Source: a virus
Virus record (IMG/VR): IMGVR_UViG_3300045988_080038
Coordinates: 1 to 64,000 of that record
Direction: 5' to 3' (one strand)
DNA: 64,000 nucleotides
In this document: piece after piece, positions 33,626-42,495 of the stretch
How positions within the stretch are numbered: position 1 is the stretch's first letter
Layout: each line of letters opens with the position of its first letter
Made by a program: the position numbers and the translations under genes
The notes under the pieces: generated by a model
Told to the model about the DNA's origin: nothing
Databases searched by the model: none
Seen by the model: the letters and a program-made list of their open reading frames with translations, nothing else

Positions 33626-36600
33626 TTACCATGCTGGACTAGGGTTTTTCCGCCGGTTGTTGTCGTTCTGGGCTTTTGTGACAGCTTTCGCAATAGCACG
33701 TCCGTCCAGATTGATCGTGTTGGAAATGTACTGCGGAGATGAGCTTCCACCGGCATTCATGTTCATCATCGCCATGGCAACGCCCTGTGTTACCGCTTGT
33801 GTCATTTCTTCCTTACCTAGCCCAATGCTTCCGTTCGGAATGTTTCCGGTAATGCTGTCAGCGATACTCTTCATGGCCTGTTTATTGGTCAGCGGAAGGA
33901 CTGCTTCCTTTCCGGCTTCACCGACACCAATCACAGATGCTGCATTGAAAAGACCGCCTTTGGCGTACCAGTCAACTCTCGAATTGTACCGCCACTTGTG
34001 GGTCTGCCCCTCTTGCCAATCAGTGTAATCCATGGATATGTGTGGAGTTCTGATGTTGATTGACTCCATGCCGTTTCGGAGATTCTGCATAGCCGTTTGC
34101 CCGATACTGTACATATCTCCGAAATTTCGACTGATTGTATTAACTATACCGTTGATCGCACCGCCTATGCTCGTGTCCATTGTTCCTCGGATGTAAGAAG
34201 ATATATCCCTTCCCAGATTTTCCCATTTCTTGAGAGCGATTCTGTACTGGCTTCCAAAGTGGCTGCGGACGGTTTCGTCCATTCTGCCAAGCTCTGTACT
34301 TGCATCAACCTTCATCTGGCGGACATTTTTGGTTACTTCACGGGAAGAATTTCCCCAGTTCTTTGTCGCAGATATGCTTACACGGCTGAAGGATTTTTCA
34401 GCGCTTGTAGCTGCGGACGCAGAATTGATTTCAGTCTGTCCAGTAATGGTGTCCCAAGCCCCTTTAATTTTTGAACCGATTGAATCCCATGCTGTTTTGG
34501 TATTTGAACTAATAGTGTCCCACACGCCGGTTACAGTGTTCTTAATGTTTGTGAACGTATCAATCACGCTTCCGATTCTGTCAGAAATTCCCTGTTTCAG
34601 TCCTGACATCAAAAATCCGCCGATCTCAGCAAAAACCGTAGACGGAGAATGAATACCAAAAAGGTTTTTAACACCGTTGATAATAGGGTCCGAGATGTTT
34701 GTTTTAAGCCATGTTCCAACAGTGGAAATCACGTTTTTAGCGCCGTTGTAAAGTCCATTGATAAGGTTTGAGCCATGTGTGTAAAGCCAAGTTCCGGCAG
34801 TGCTGAATGCATTTTCTATTGCTTCCTTAGCTTTACCGGCAAATTCCGTAACAGTATCCCAATTTTGCCACAGAAGAAATCCACCGACAACAGCTCCGAT
34901 AACAGCTAAGCCTATCGGACTGAACAGTACGCTGCCCAATGTAGAAAACGCTGTTGCCATAGCTGGTGCAAAAGTTCCTGTAATCCAAGTTCCGATTGAA
35001 CCAGCGAAGGCAGTTGCAGCTGGCCAAAGTTTGGTAGTTATAACTTCAAGGATTTTCGGAGCAATCTGTGTTGTTATGGTGGTCGGGATTGCTTTCAACT
35101 TGTCAACAGCTTCCAGAGCGTAAACTCCAACAGTTGTGCCTAATGTACTGGTTGAAAATGCAGTCGCTATTTTGCTGAGTGCTGTTCCCAGTAATGTTGC
35201 CGTAGCACTGGTCCCGGTCGGCAGTTTTCCCATAGCAACTAAGATAGATGATACCAGGGTATCTGCCTTTGACACCAATCCTACACCGGCAAATGCAACT
35301 ACAAACTTACCGGCTGTAGTTTCTCCTAATCCAGAAAAAATCCCGCCAAGAACATCCAGTAATACTGTTGCTAAATCCTTTAAATGGCTTCCCCAGTCTA
35401 TCTGACTAAGGAATAGTCCGATGCCCCTTCCGAAGGATTCCCAGTCTGTTTCTCCTGCGATATCAACCAGAGCATTCAGTAAGTTGGTGATGAAAGTGTT
35501 TAAGGATGTTCCGTTCTCTTTCCACTTGAACTTTCCGATAAAAGTATTGATTCCGTTGGAAATATTAGTTACCAATCCGCCCCAGTTGAATTTTTGTGTC
35601 CATGCAGCCAATGTCTGAAATGCACCGTTTAATCCGGTCGCAATCGTAGTTGCTATTTTGGAGAATGAAATTCTGCCAAAAGCTCCATTCATGGCATCAG
35701 CAACCGCAGTTCCCAACTGTTCCCAGCCAGTCAGACCGGCATTATTCTCTTTTGACATCTTCTGAACAAAACCGTCCAGAATATTCCAGCTTATCATAAA
35801 ACCACTGCCAAGGAATTGGCCAAGGTTCGGCCAGTTAACTTCATCAATCATTCCACGAAGCCCCGTTGCCAGTTTGTTACCAATGTTTGTGAAGTCAATA
35901 CCACCCGGGCCAATCAGAAGCTCAAAGGTGTTGACTAAAGTGTTGATACCGGCACCAACAGTACGCCCTAATCTATCCCAGTGAATGTTTTCGACAAGGC
36001 TGTTAAAAGATCGAGTAAAAGCATCACAAAATGCAGAGATCTTCGGTCCTACATTGCTCCAACTAATAACATCATAAATCTTCCGGATTCCGATATTAAG
36101 CATATCTGCAATGGTCTTTCCAAGTCCTTCCCAGTCATGGTTAAGAAAAGCTTTGCGGATTTTTTCAGCCCATTTATTGATAGGGGTTTCTTCTTTGTTC
36201 AGAGCATCGTCTATCTGGTCCGTGATTCCGCCAAGACCCAATGACGGTGTTGTGCCGGTTCCAGTTTTACCCTTTCCGGTACTAGGTGTTGAACCGGATG
36301 AACTAGAATTATCTGTCAGCTGATTCAGTTCGTCAAATGGAAGAACAGAAAGAGCTTTCTTCAGAGTTTTTGCTGATGAAGTAGCATCGTCCAGCCCAGA
36401 AGCCGCTGCATCTCCGGCGTCCTGTAATCCGCTAAGGTCTGCTGCGGAATCTTCCAGTCCAGCAAGATCATTTACGACCCCGCTTGTGGAACCTTTGATT
36501 TTTTTACCCATCAGAACATACATGAAGTTACGGAATGTTTCCGCAGCCTGCATAAGTTTTGACATTAAGGCATTAAGAGCCTGGATTCCCGGAAGAACTG

Positions 36601-38413
36601 CTGCGATTAAGCCCTGCCCGATAACAGATGCAAGGGACTGGATGTTCAGAGTAAGGAGACGTACTTGATTGGCCCAGGATCCGGCGGTCCTGGCAAAGTC
36701 CCCCTGCTGCGCACTTGTAACTGACATGATGTAGTTATAGCGCAGCATCGTTTTCTGAGCCTGCGTCATGGAATTATAGGCTGTTGTAATTCCTTGCGAT
36801 AACGCATACTCCTGTAAATTGGCGACCGAAAGATTTATTCCGAGCTGTTTTAAAGGCTCGATTTCACCTGAAATGCCCGCCCTGATTTTGTAGAAGGCGG
36901 TATCAGTATCAATGTTGTAAAAAGATGCCAAATCTCCGGCTAATCCTGCAAGAGTTGTTGACATTTTCGCAGCGGATTCCTGCGCTACTCCAGAAGCATT
37001 CAGCATTGCCATCATGGTTCCGGAGTAATTCTTTGCTGCCAGTTCCGATAATCCAAACTGCTTTGTTGCTGTAGATGCAAACTTATACGCCTGATCTGCC
37101 ATGCTTCCAAAAGCAACATCTACAACGTTCTCGACCTCAGCGATATCAGAGCCAATCTCAAGGATTCCTTTTCCACCCATGGCTTCGCTGAATTTGTTCA
37201 TTACAGCTGAAGCCGCTTTGAAGCCAAGGACGGTCTTAATGAAAGAACCTACATTGAAAGATGCTGTTTTTAGTCCGTTACTCCTATTGACTAGACTAGA
37301 GATTCCGGCTGCCAGAAATCCCAATCCACTCTTTGCTTTTGTCGCCACCCCACCGAGTAACGAAGAAAGTCCCGAACCGATAGAGGAAAGCTTGTTAAAG
37401 GAATTGACCACAGTGTTCGTAGCGGTTCCTACTTTTCCACCGGCCGTCGCCAACTGCCCGAGGGCTTCAGTCATTCTCAGCGTATTCTCGCTGATCTGCG
37501 GAGCATCCTGCATGGCGGTAAAGAATTTCTTTATTTCTGTGGCCAGATTAGCCAGCTGCGATGCTGTCTGTCCGGTTTTGTTGCCAGCACTTGCCAATCG
37601 TCCTATGGACTGTACAAACATGTTCGTAGATTCCGAAACAAGCCTTGTACTTGCCATGGAATTGACGACTTTTCTTAATTCTTTTCCAAGGGTTTTTAAG
37701 CCCGATGCAGATTGGCTAGTCTTTTCTCCAGCATTAGCAAGTCTCGCCAGTGAACCTACAAACCGGTTGACACTGGAAGATACATCCTCAATATCATTTA
37801 AGCTATCGATGCTTTTGATGATTTCTCCCATCTTTGAAGTGTCAAATCCGCTCATATCCGCTGCTGCAAGTCTACTTAAGGAATTGATAACATTCGTGAT
37901 TTTAGAATCCTTGAAGTTCATTCCGTTAAGAGCGTTCATGGTGCTGGAAATTTTTTCAACGCCGGTTATTGCGGGCTGCATCTTCACAGCATCAATTTCT
38001 TGAAATTTTTGAATAGCGTTTACCGCTGATTTGACGTTTTTGGTATCAATCTTTGGGATTGAAATGTTCGAAGCACCTTTTAAAGAGCTTAATCCGGCAG
38101 CCAGATTCTGCAAGGATTTCGTACTCGCTCCAAGTGTCGTAAAGTCAACTTTTGATAAGCTTCGAAGCTGACCGGTTAATCCAGATAAGTCCGGAACACT
38201 AACTTTTGTTTTGTTTAAGGTCTGTAAAGCCGATGATACTCTTCCGATTTCACGAGCATAGTTTCTAAGTCCGCCGGTATTGACGTTTCCCAGTGCTGTG
38301 TCAACATCTTTTAACTTTTTAGCCAGATTTCCCAATGCTTTTGTAGCGTTCCTGGTACTACTGTTTATTTGTATATCAAGGGTATCAATGGTATTATCAG
38401 CCACAAAAAACAC
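33626..38413 (-). CDS. tail tape measure protein
   Basis: 1595 aa, helical and repetitive, rich in Gly, Ala, Ser and Thr. Lies directly after the chaperone pair. Confidence 0.9.
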   Translation of the reverse strand: MFFVADNTIDTLDIQINSSTRNATKALGNLAKKLKDVDTALGNVNTGGLRNYAREIGRVSSALQTLNKTKVSVPDLSGLTGQLRSLSKVDFTTLGASTKSLQNLAAGLSSLKGASNISIPKIDTKNVKSAVNAIQKFQEIDAVKMQPAITGVEKISSTMNALNGMNFKDSKITNVINSLSRLAAADMSGFDTSKMGEIIKSIDSLNDIEDVSSSVNRFVGSLARLANAGEKTSQSASGLKTLGKELRKVVNSMASTRLVSESTNMFVQSIGRLASAGNKTGQTASQLANLATEIKKFFTAMQDAPQISENTLRMTEALGQLATAGGKVGTATNTVVNSFNKLSSIGSGLSSLLGGVATKAKSGLGFLAAGISSLVNRSNGLKTASFNVGSFIKTVLGFKAASAVMNKFSEAMGGKGILEIGSDIAEVENVVDVAFGSMADQAYKFASTATKQFGLSELAAKNYSGTMMAMLNASGVAQESAAKMSTTLAGLAGDLASFYNIDTDTAFYKIRAGISGEIEPLKQLGINLSVANLQEYALSQGITTAYNSMTQAQKTMLRYNYIMSVTSAQQGDFARTAGSWANQVRLLTLNIQSLASVIGQGLIAAVLPGIQALNALMSKLMQAAETFRNFMYVLMGKKIKGSTSGVVNDLAGLEDSAADLSGLQDAGDAAASGLDDATSSAKTLKKALSVLPFDELNQLTDNSSSSGSTPSTGKGKTGTGTTPSLGLGGITDQIDDALNKEETPINKWAEKIRKAFLNHDWEGLGKTIADMLNIGIRKIYDVISWSNVGPKISAFCDAFTRSFNSLVENIHWDRLGRTVGAGINTLVNTFELLIGPGGIDFTNIGNKLATGLRGMIDEVNWPNLGQFLGSGFMISWNILDGFVQKMSKENNAGLTGWEQLGTAVADAMNGAFGRISFSKIATTIATGLNGAFQTLAAWTQKFNWGGLVTNISNGINTFIGKFKWKENGTSLNTFITNLLNALVDIAGETDWESFGRGIGLFLSQIDWGSHLKDLATVLLDVLGGIFSGLGETTAGKFVVAFAGVGLVSKADTLVSSILVAMGKLPTGTSATATLLGTALSKIATAFSTSTLGTTVGVYALEAVDKLKAIPTTITTQIAPKILEVITTKLWPAATAFAGSIGTWITGTFAPAMATAFSTLGSVLFSPIGLAVIGAVVGGFLLWQNWDTVTEFAGKAKEAIENAFSTAGTWLYTHGSNLINGLYNGAKNVISTVGTWLKTNISDPIINGVKNLFGIHSPSTVFAEIGGFLMSGLKQGISDRIGSVIDTFTNIKNTVTGVWDTISSNTKTAWDSIGSKIKGAWDTITGQTEINSASAATSAEKSFSRVSISATKNWGNSSREVTKNVRQMKVDASTELGRMDETVRSHFGSQYRIALKKWENLGRDISSYIRGTMDTSIGGAINGIVNTISRNFGDMYSIGQTAMQNLRNGMESINIRTPHISMDYTDWQEGQTHKWRYNSRVDWYAKGGLFNAASVIGVGEAGKEAVLPLTNKQAMKSIADSITGNIPNGSIGLGKEEMTQAVTQGVAMAMMNMNAGGSSSPQYISNTINLDGRAIAKAVTKAQNDNNRRKNPSPAW

Positions 38414-38452
38414 CTCCTTTTAATCAAAAAAAATAAGGGCAGACAAGACTTT

Positions 38453-39327
38453 TTATTTATCTTGCCTGCCCTTTTCATTTCCTATTTCAGCTATATTCGC
38501 ATTTGCCTTTTTTATCAGAAGTTCGTAGTAACGTTCCTCCTGCTTCAATTCAGCTTCAGATCGTTTCGGAACATCTGTTTTTTCTTCAATCTGTGGTTTC
38601 TTTGTTTTTTCTGTGATTGGTTTATCTGGATATTTTGCTTTGTCAGAAAGCGCACTTGCTACCGCAGATTTCACATATAAGCCGGAAAGCCATGACTGAT
38701 ATTCAATCAGTTTTACCTGAGTTTCTATCTCATCACGTTTACTTTTCTCGTACTCACGTATCCTTATTTGAAGGTCACGTATGGTACTTCTGAGAAATTC
38801 TTTCCGGCTCATTCCGATGCGAACTGCCGCCGGATATAGCTCTGTCCAGATTATTTCGCTGTAGCTTTTTTCTGGTGATCTGTTGGCTTCTTCGGAGCTC
38901 TCTTCGGCTTGGTTGACATGTTCATGTCGTCCATGAGTGTCTCCAGACCGGCCAGTTTGAAAAAACCGTCTTCCTCCATTTGTTCAAGACACATGGCAAA
39001 AATACCGTAAAAGTTACCCTGCTCATCATCCTTATGTTCCTGAATGAATTGTGCTGCAAGTTTCTTCGCAGTTGCAAGATTCGGAACAGAACCGTCTGCA
39101 TCCGGGTTGTCACCATGATACTGAAGAAGCCCTGCATAAAACACGGTTAATGCTGTGTTCGGAATATTTGCCATGCCGGAGATCATTTCTTCCGGCGTTT
39201 TGTCCACACCACCGCTTGTTGCCAGAAGCGTGTTCATTACACTCTTGACACAATCATCATACAAAGATGCTTCAATGCCGTATTCGAGTTTGTACTCTTT
39301 ACTACCAATTTTTAAAAGCTTATACAT
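38453..39327 (-). CDS. tail assembly chaperone GT-like fusion made by -1 frameshift
   Basis: The -1 frame is open from the A6 run (38866-38871, CAG AAA AAA GCT) through ORF 38453-38812. Confidence 0.6.
38851..39327 (-). CDS. tail assembly chaperone (G-like)
   Basis: 158-aa acidic protein between the tube and tape-measure genes. Confidence 0.7.
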   Translation of the reverse strand: MYKLLKIGSKEYKLEYGIEASLYDDCVKSVMNTLLATSGGVDKTPEEMISGMANIPNTALTVFYAGLLQYHGDNPDADGSVPNLATAKKLAAQFIQEHKDDEQGNFYGIFAMCLEQMEEDGFFKLAGLETLMDDMNMSTKPKRAPKKPTDHQKKATAK

Positions 39328-39357
39328 AATATTTTTCCTCCCAGTTAGATATATTTG

Positions 39358-39843
39358 TTATTCGCCTTCAGTTGGCTTGATTGCTGTGTCTGGGCCGACA
39401 TACTCATTGATAGTCAGGGACATGTCAACAGTAAGAAGACCGTTCTGGTCTCTTGCCGGTTTTGGAATGATAGTCGGCGGCTCGATTTTGGTGAAGAATG
39501 CTTTCTGAAGTGCCGGGTAATATTCCTCATACCACATAGACAGACCGCTCGCGTGAGCTGTTTTGTAAGCGGAGATAAGGTCTTCCCACTCTTTGATTGT
39601 TTCGTCTGTAACGTTTACGGTTACATTAAACGTACCGCCGGTTGAACCACGACCTGCGATAGTTCTCTCGATTTCGTCTTCAAGAGCGGATGCGTCGATA
39701 GTCTCAACATCGATATTAATTTCATCAGAAGCGTTTATTCTGTGAAGCTGTTTAAATTTTGCTGGTTTTGTTCCCGCTACTGTCTCTACTGCATAACCGG
39801 TAAGAGCACCAACGGTACTGATTCCTGCGATATTTCCTGCCAT
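39358..39843 (-). CDS. major tail (tube) protein
   Basis: 161 aa. Position upstream of the chaperones. Strong RBS. Confidence 0.7.
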   Translation of the reverse strand: MAGNIAGISTVGALTGYAVETVAGTKPAKFKQLHRINASDEINIDVETIDASALEDEIERTIAGRGSTGGTFNVTVNVTDETIKEWEDLISAYKTAHASGLSMWYEEYYPALQKAFFTKIEPPTIIPKPARDQNGLLTVDMSLTINEYVGPDTAIKPTEGE

Positions 39844-39949
39844 ATTGGCTCCTTTCCGCCTTTCGGCTATAAATTACTGCATAAAAAAAGAGCCATTACG
39901 GCTCTGACACGTAACCCTGTGCCCGGGAGATAAAAGGATCACCGCCCTT

Positions 39950-40243
39950 CTACTCTTCTTTGCTTACTTGTTTAATGACCTGATTCACATAAGTGCTCAA
40001 TCCTGCGACAAGAATACCTTGTGTGATTGCGGTAAAGACTGCCATTGCAGCTTCCTGACCGCCTGTGACTGTAGATGTAGCAAAAACATAGATTCCGCAG
40101 ACAACTACGCCCAGAAGTCCAAGGATTCCAGGAATATACTTGTCAGCTACGGTTTCAGCCTGTTTGAGGAATACTCCCACAAAATACAGGACTACAGCTA
40201 CAACCAGGAGTTCCGGTTTCACATAGTTCATAATCTGATCCAT
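39950..40243 (-). CDS. holin-like membrane protein
   Basis: 97 aa with three hydrophobic helices and a charged C-terminus, KQVSKEE. Confidence 0.55.
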   Translation of the reverse strand: MDQIMNYVKPELLVVAVVLYFVGVFLKQAETVADKYIPGILGLLGVVVCGIYVFATSTVTGGQEAAMAVFTAITQGILVAGLSTYVNQVIKQVSKEE

Positions 40244-40258
40244 TCTATCTCACCCCTT

Positions 40259-40666
40259 TCATTCACCGAGCAACTGCCCAGTGTAAATTCTTGTGTATCG
40301 GCTAACAAGCCGTTTGATGCTATCGTCAGCGTTCCCCATGAGTTCAGGACCGTAAGTTCTACGAAATCCCATGCCAATCATGGACTGATGACTTTTTTCG
40401 TCAATTTGATATACTTTCGCAAGCGGAGCTGTACCTGCGGCGAAGCACTCAATCTGGATAGTTGGAACCGTGGCACATTCATCGCCTTCAAGGTCTCCTT
40501 CTGTCAGAACATTTCCCAACATGTAAAGTCTTGCATAGGTTTTCTTTCCAGATGCAAGAGTTTGGCTTCTGTCCATGGAAAAATTTCCTTTACCAACTAC
40601 AGGTTCGATCGCTTTATTCCAGCGTTTGTATATCTCGGATATCGGGTTTTTTAATATTTCCGGCAT
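40259..40666 (-). CDS. tail terminator / tail completion protein (by position)
   Basis: 135-aa ORF upstream of the tube gene. Confidence 0.45.
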   Translation of the reverse strand: MPEILKNPISEIYKRWNKAIEPVVGKGNFSMDRSQTLASGKKTYARLYMLGNVLTEGDLEGDECATVPTIQIECFAAGTAPLAKVYQIDEKSHQSMIGMGFRRTYGPELMGNADDSIKRLVSRYTRIYTGQLLGE

Positions 40667-41339
40667 TTACATCACCTTGTCTGATAATACGAATTATTTC
40701 ATTTATGTTTACATAATTATTAATAAGTAAAACTGATAACCGTTCAAGCCTTCTTATTTCAGATTCAATATCTTCCGGAAACAAAGAATATATATTTCCA
40801 GAAATGGTAACCCCAAGCATTTCTTGAATTTCCGTGATTGAATTTGTTTTAAATATTGACGTCAATATCGCTTCCGTGAAAACATTGGGAACATAATACC
40901 CTTTCAAAGAATAGGCAAATTTCTCTATCTCTGCGTTTTCGATTTGCATGTCTTTGATTTCTTTTTCAATTTGATTTGCATATTCTTCAATAGAAATATG
41001 TTTACCGTTAGAGGTAAGATAAATAATCGTAGGATTAACATTAGTATTTTTATCGATATTTTTATTTTTCGTGTTCCCTTTGGAAGAAACAATCTCATCC
41101 ACAATGTGAACAATTTCATTTTTGCCAATTCCAGTAAACCATTCATTGCTTATTTTGTGAGAACTGATTTTCTTGTGTATTAAAGCTTCGACAGCATATC
41201 TGTTACTCAGCTCTTGACTTTGATACACCAGCTTTAGATAAGGATTCCCTATCTTTAAATTCTTTAATCTAGTCTCTGGTTCGATTGACACGCCTATTTT
41301 GTAGGCATCTCCGGACTTCATTACATAAATTTTTTTCAT
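40614..41339 (-). CDS. T5orf172 / GIY-YIG-like domain protein (homing-endonuclease-like insert)
   Basis: MKKIYVMKSGDAYKIGVSIEPETRLKNLKIGNPYLKLVY...NEWF. AT-rich coding sequence. Its 3' end overlaps the next gene by 53 nt. Confidence 0.65.
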   Translation of the reverse strand: MKKIYVMKSGDAYKIGVSIEPETRLKNLKIGNPYLKLVYQSQELSNRYAVEALIHKKISSHKISNEWFTGIGKNEIVHIVDEIVSSKGNTKNKNIDKNTNVNPTIIYLTSNGKHISIEEYANQIEKEIKDMQIENAEIEKFAYSLKGYYVPNVFTEAILTSIFKTNSITEIQEMLGVTISGNIYSLFPEDIESEIRRLERLSVLLINNYVNINEIIRIIRQGDVNAGNIKKPDIRDIQTLE

Positions 41340-41441
41340 TGCATCCTACCATGAAAAAAGCACCTACCTTTCCGGTAGATGCTTCGCATCTTAATTGTAC
41401 AAAATATGTGCCATATGTTTCCATATTTTAGCATAGGATGT

Positions 41442-41963
41442 TTAACTTCCAAACACTTCCTTTGCAATATGCCGTATCTGAATAATGATAGCTTCTTCCG
41501 TATGGTACATCGGCATGTATGCCCTGTTACCATAAGAATGATGCTTTTGTCCACTTTCATCCACATACCACCATCCGTTTGGGTCGTAGGCGTGCTTTTG
41601 ATCTGGGTAAGTACCAACGCCATAATCAGCGCCAGACGGTAATGGATAGCTGTCCGTTCCGTAAGAAATACCGGCGCTAAACTCGATAAAAAGAACCTTG
41701 TCCCCAGAAAGGCGGACCGCTGCACCAATAATATCTCCATGTCCGTTATTAATAACTTCCGTGTAGTAAGAACCTTTTTCTTCGGCCGGAACAGATTCCA
41801 TTGTGGTTTGGATAACCTGTATTCCTTCTTGAGCCAGTTTGTCGATGAAAATCTGGTTCTTCCTTTGAATATCTTTCTGGTATGCTTCCAACTGCCGAAT
41901 CGCAGACTGCAAAGAATTATGGTTCAAACTGCACCGGATTGTTTTCCTACTCATTGTTGCCAC
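41442..41963 (-). CDS. HK97-gp10-like head-tail joining protein
   Basis: 173 aa. Called from position and general similarity only. Confidence 0.45.
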   Translation of the reverse strand: MATMSRKTIRCSLNHNSLQSAIRQLEAYQKDIQRKNQIFIDKLAQEGIQVIQTTMESVPAEEKGSYYTEVINNGHGDIIGAAVRLSGDKVLFIEFSAGISYGTDSYPLPSGADYGVGTYPDQKHAYDPNGWWYVDESGQKHHSYGNRAYMPMYHTEEAIIIQIRHIAKEVFGS

Positions 41964-42360
41964 CGATTTTCGCTATTCCATATCGGGCGACTTGTCCTTT
42001 TTGAGTATCAAGGATTCTCTTAAGCCTGTAGTCTGGAAGAACAGTCGGGCTGTTATCTCCATCAAGGATTAATGTTCCGTCTTTCCTAATTTCTGGCACG
42101 ACATCAATCCACAAGACGTTGCCTTCTTTTGGCTGAAATGTTCGGTCAAAAACCGTAATGTACCGGTCGTAGTCAGGAACAATTCCGGCAGACAGTTCTT
42201 CTGGCGTACCGGCTGTTGCTGATACTGAAATGTTCTTCTTTTGTGGGTTTGAATAGACAAGCGTTTTATCCATTCCATTGTTTTTTTCTGTTACTGTCGA
42301 AATCCATACGGATTGTTTCTGGCGAAGTCTACCTCTCATATATGCACCCTCCATTGACAA
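41947..42360 (-). CDS. head closure / head-tail adaptor (by position)
   Basis: 137-aa ORF. Confidence 0.45.
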   Translation of the reverse strand: MSMEGAYMRGRLRQKQSVWISTVTEKNNGMDKTLVYSNPQKKNISVSATAGTPEELSAGIVPDYDRYITVFDRTFQPKEGNVLWIDVVPEIRKDGTLILDGDNSPTVLPDYRLKRILDTQKGQVARYGIAKIGGNNE

Positions 42361-42495
42361 AATTACTTTTTTATGTTATTTTTATACAGAAATCAGGGAA
42401 CAGCATATCCCCAGATTTCATAATCTTCCAGCCCCCAGTTCCTCAGTTCTGGGGACTTTTTTATTTTAAGATAAATTAATTAAAGCCCTCTTTAG

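Noticed and set aside
41336-41740. 134-aa minus-strand ORF overlapping the gp10-like gene
   Set aside because: It is out of frame within a better-supported gene (41442-41963) and has no RBS.
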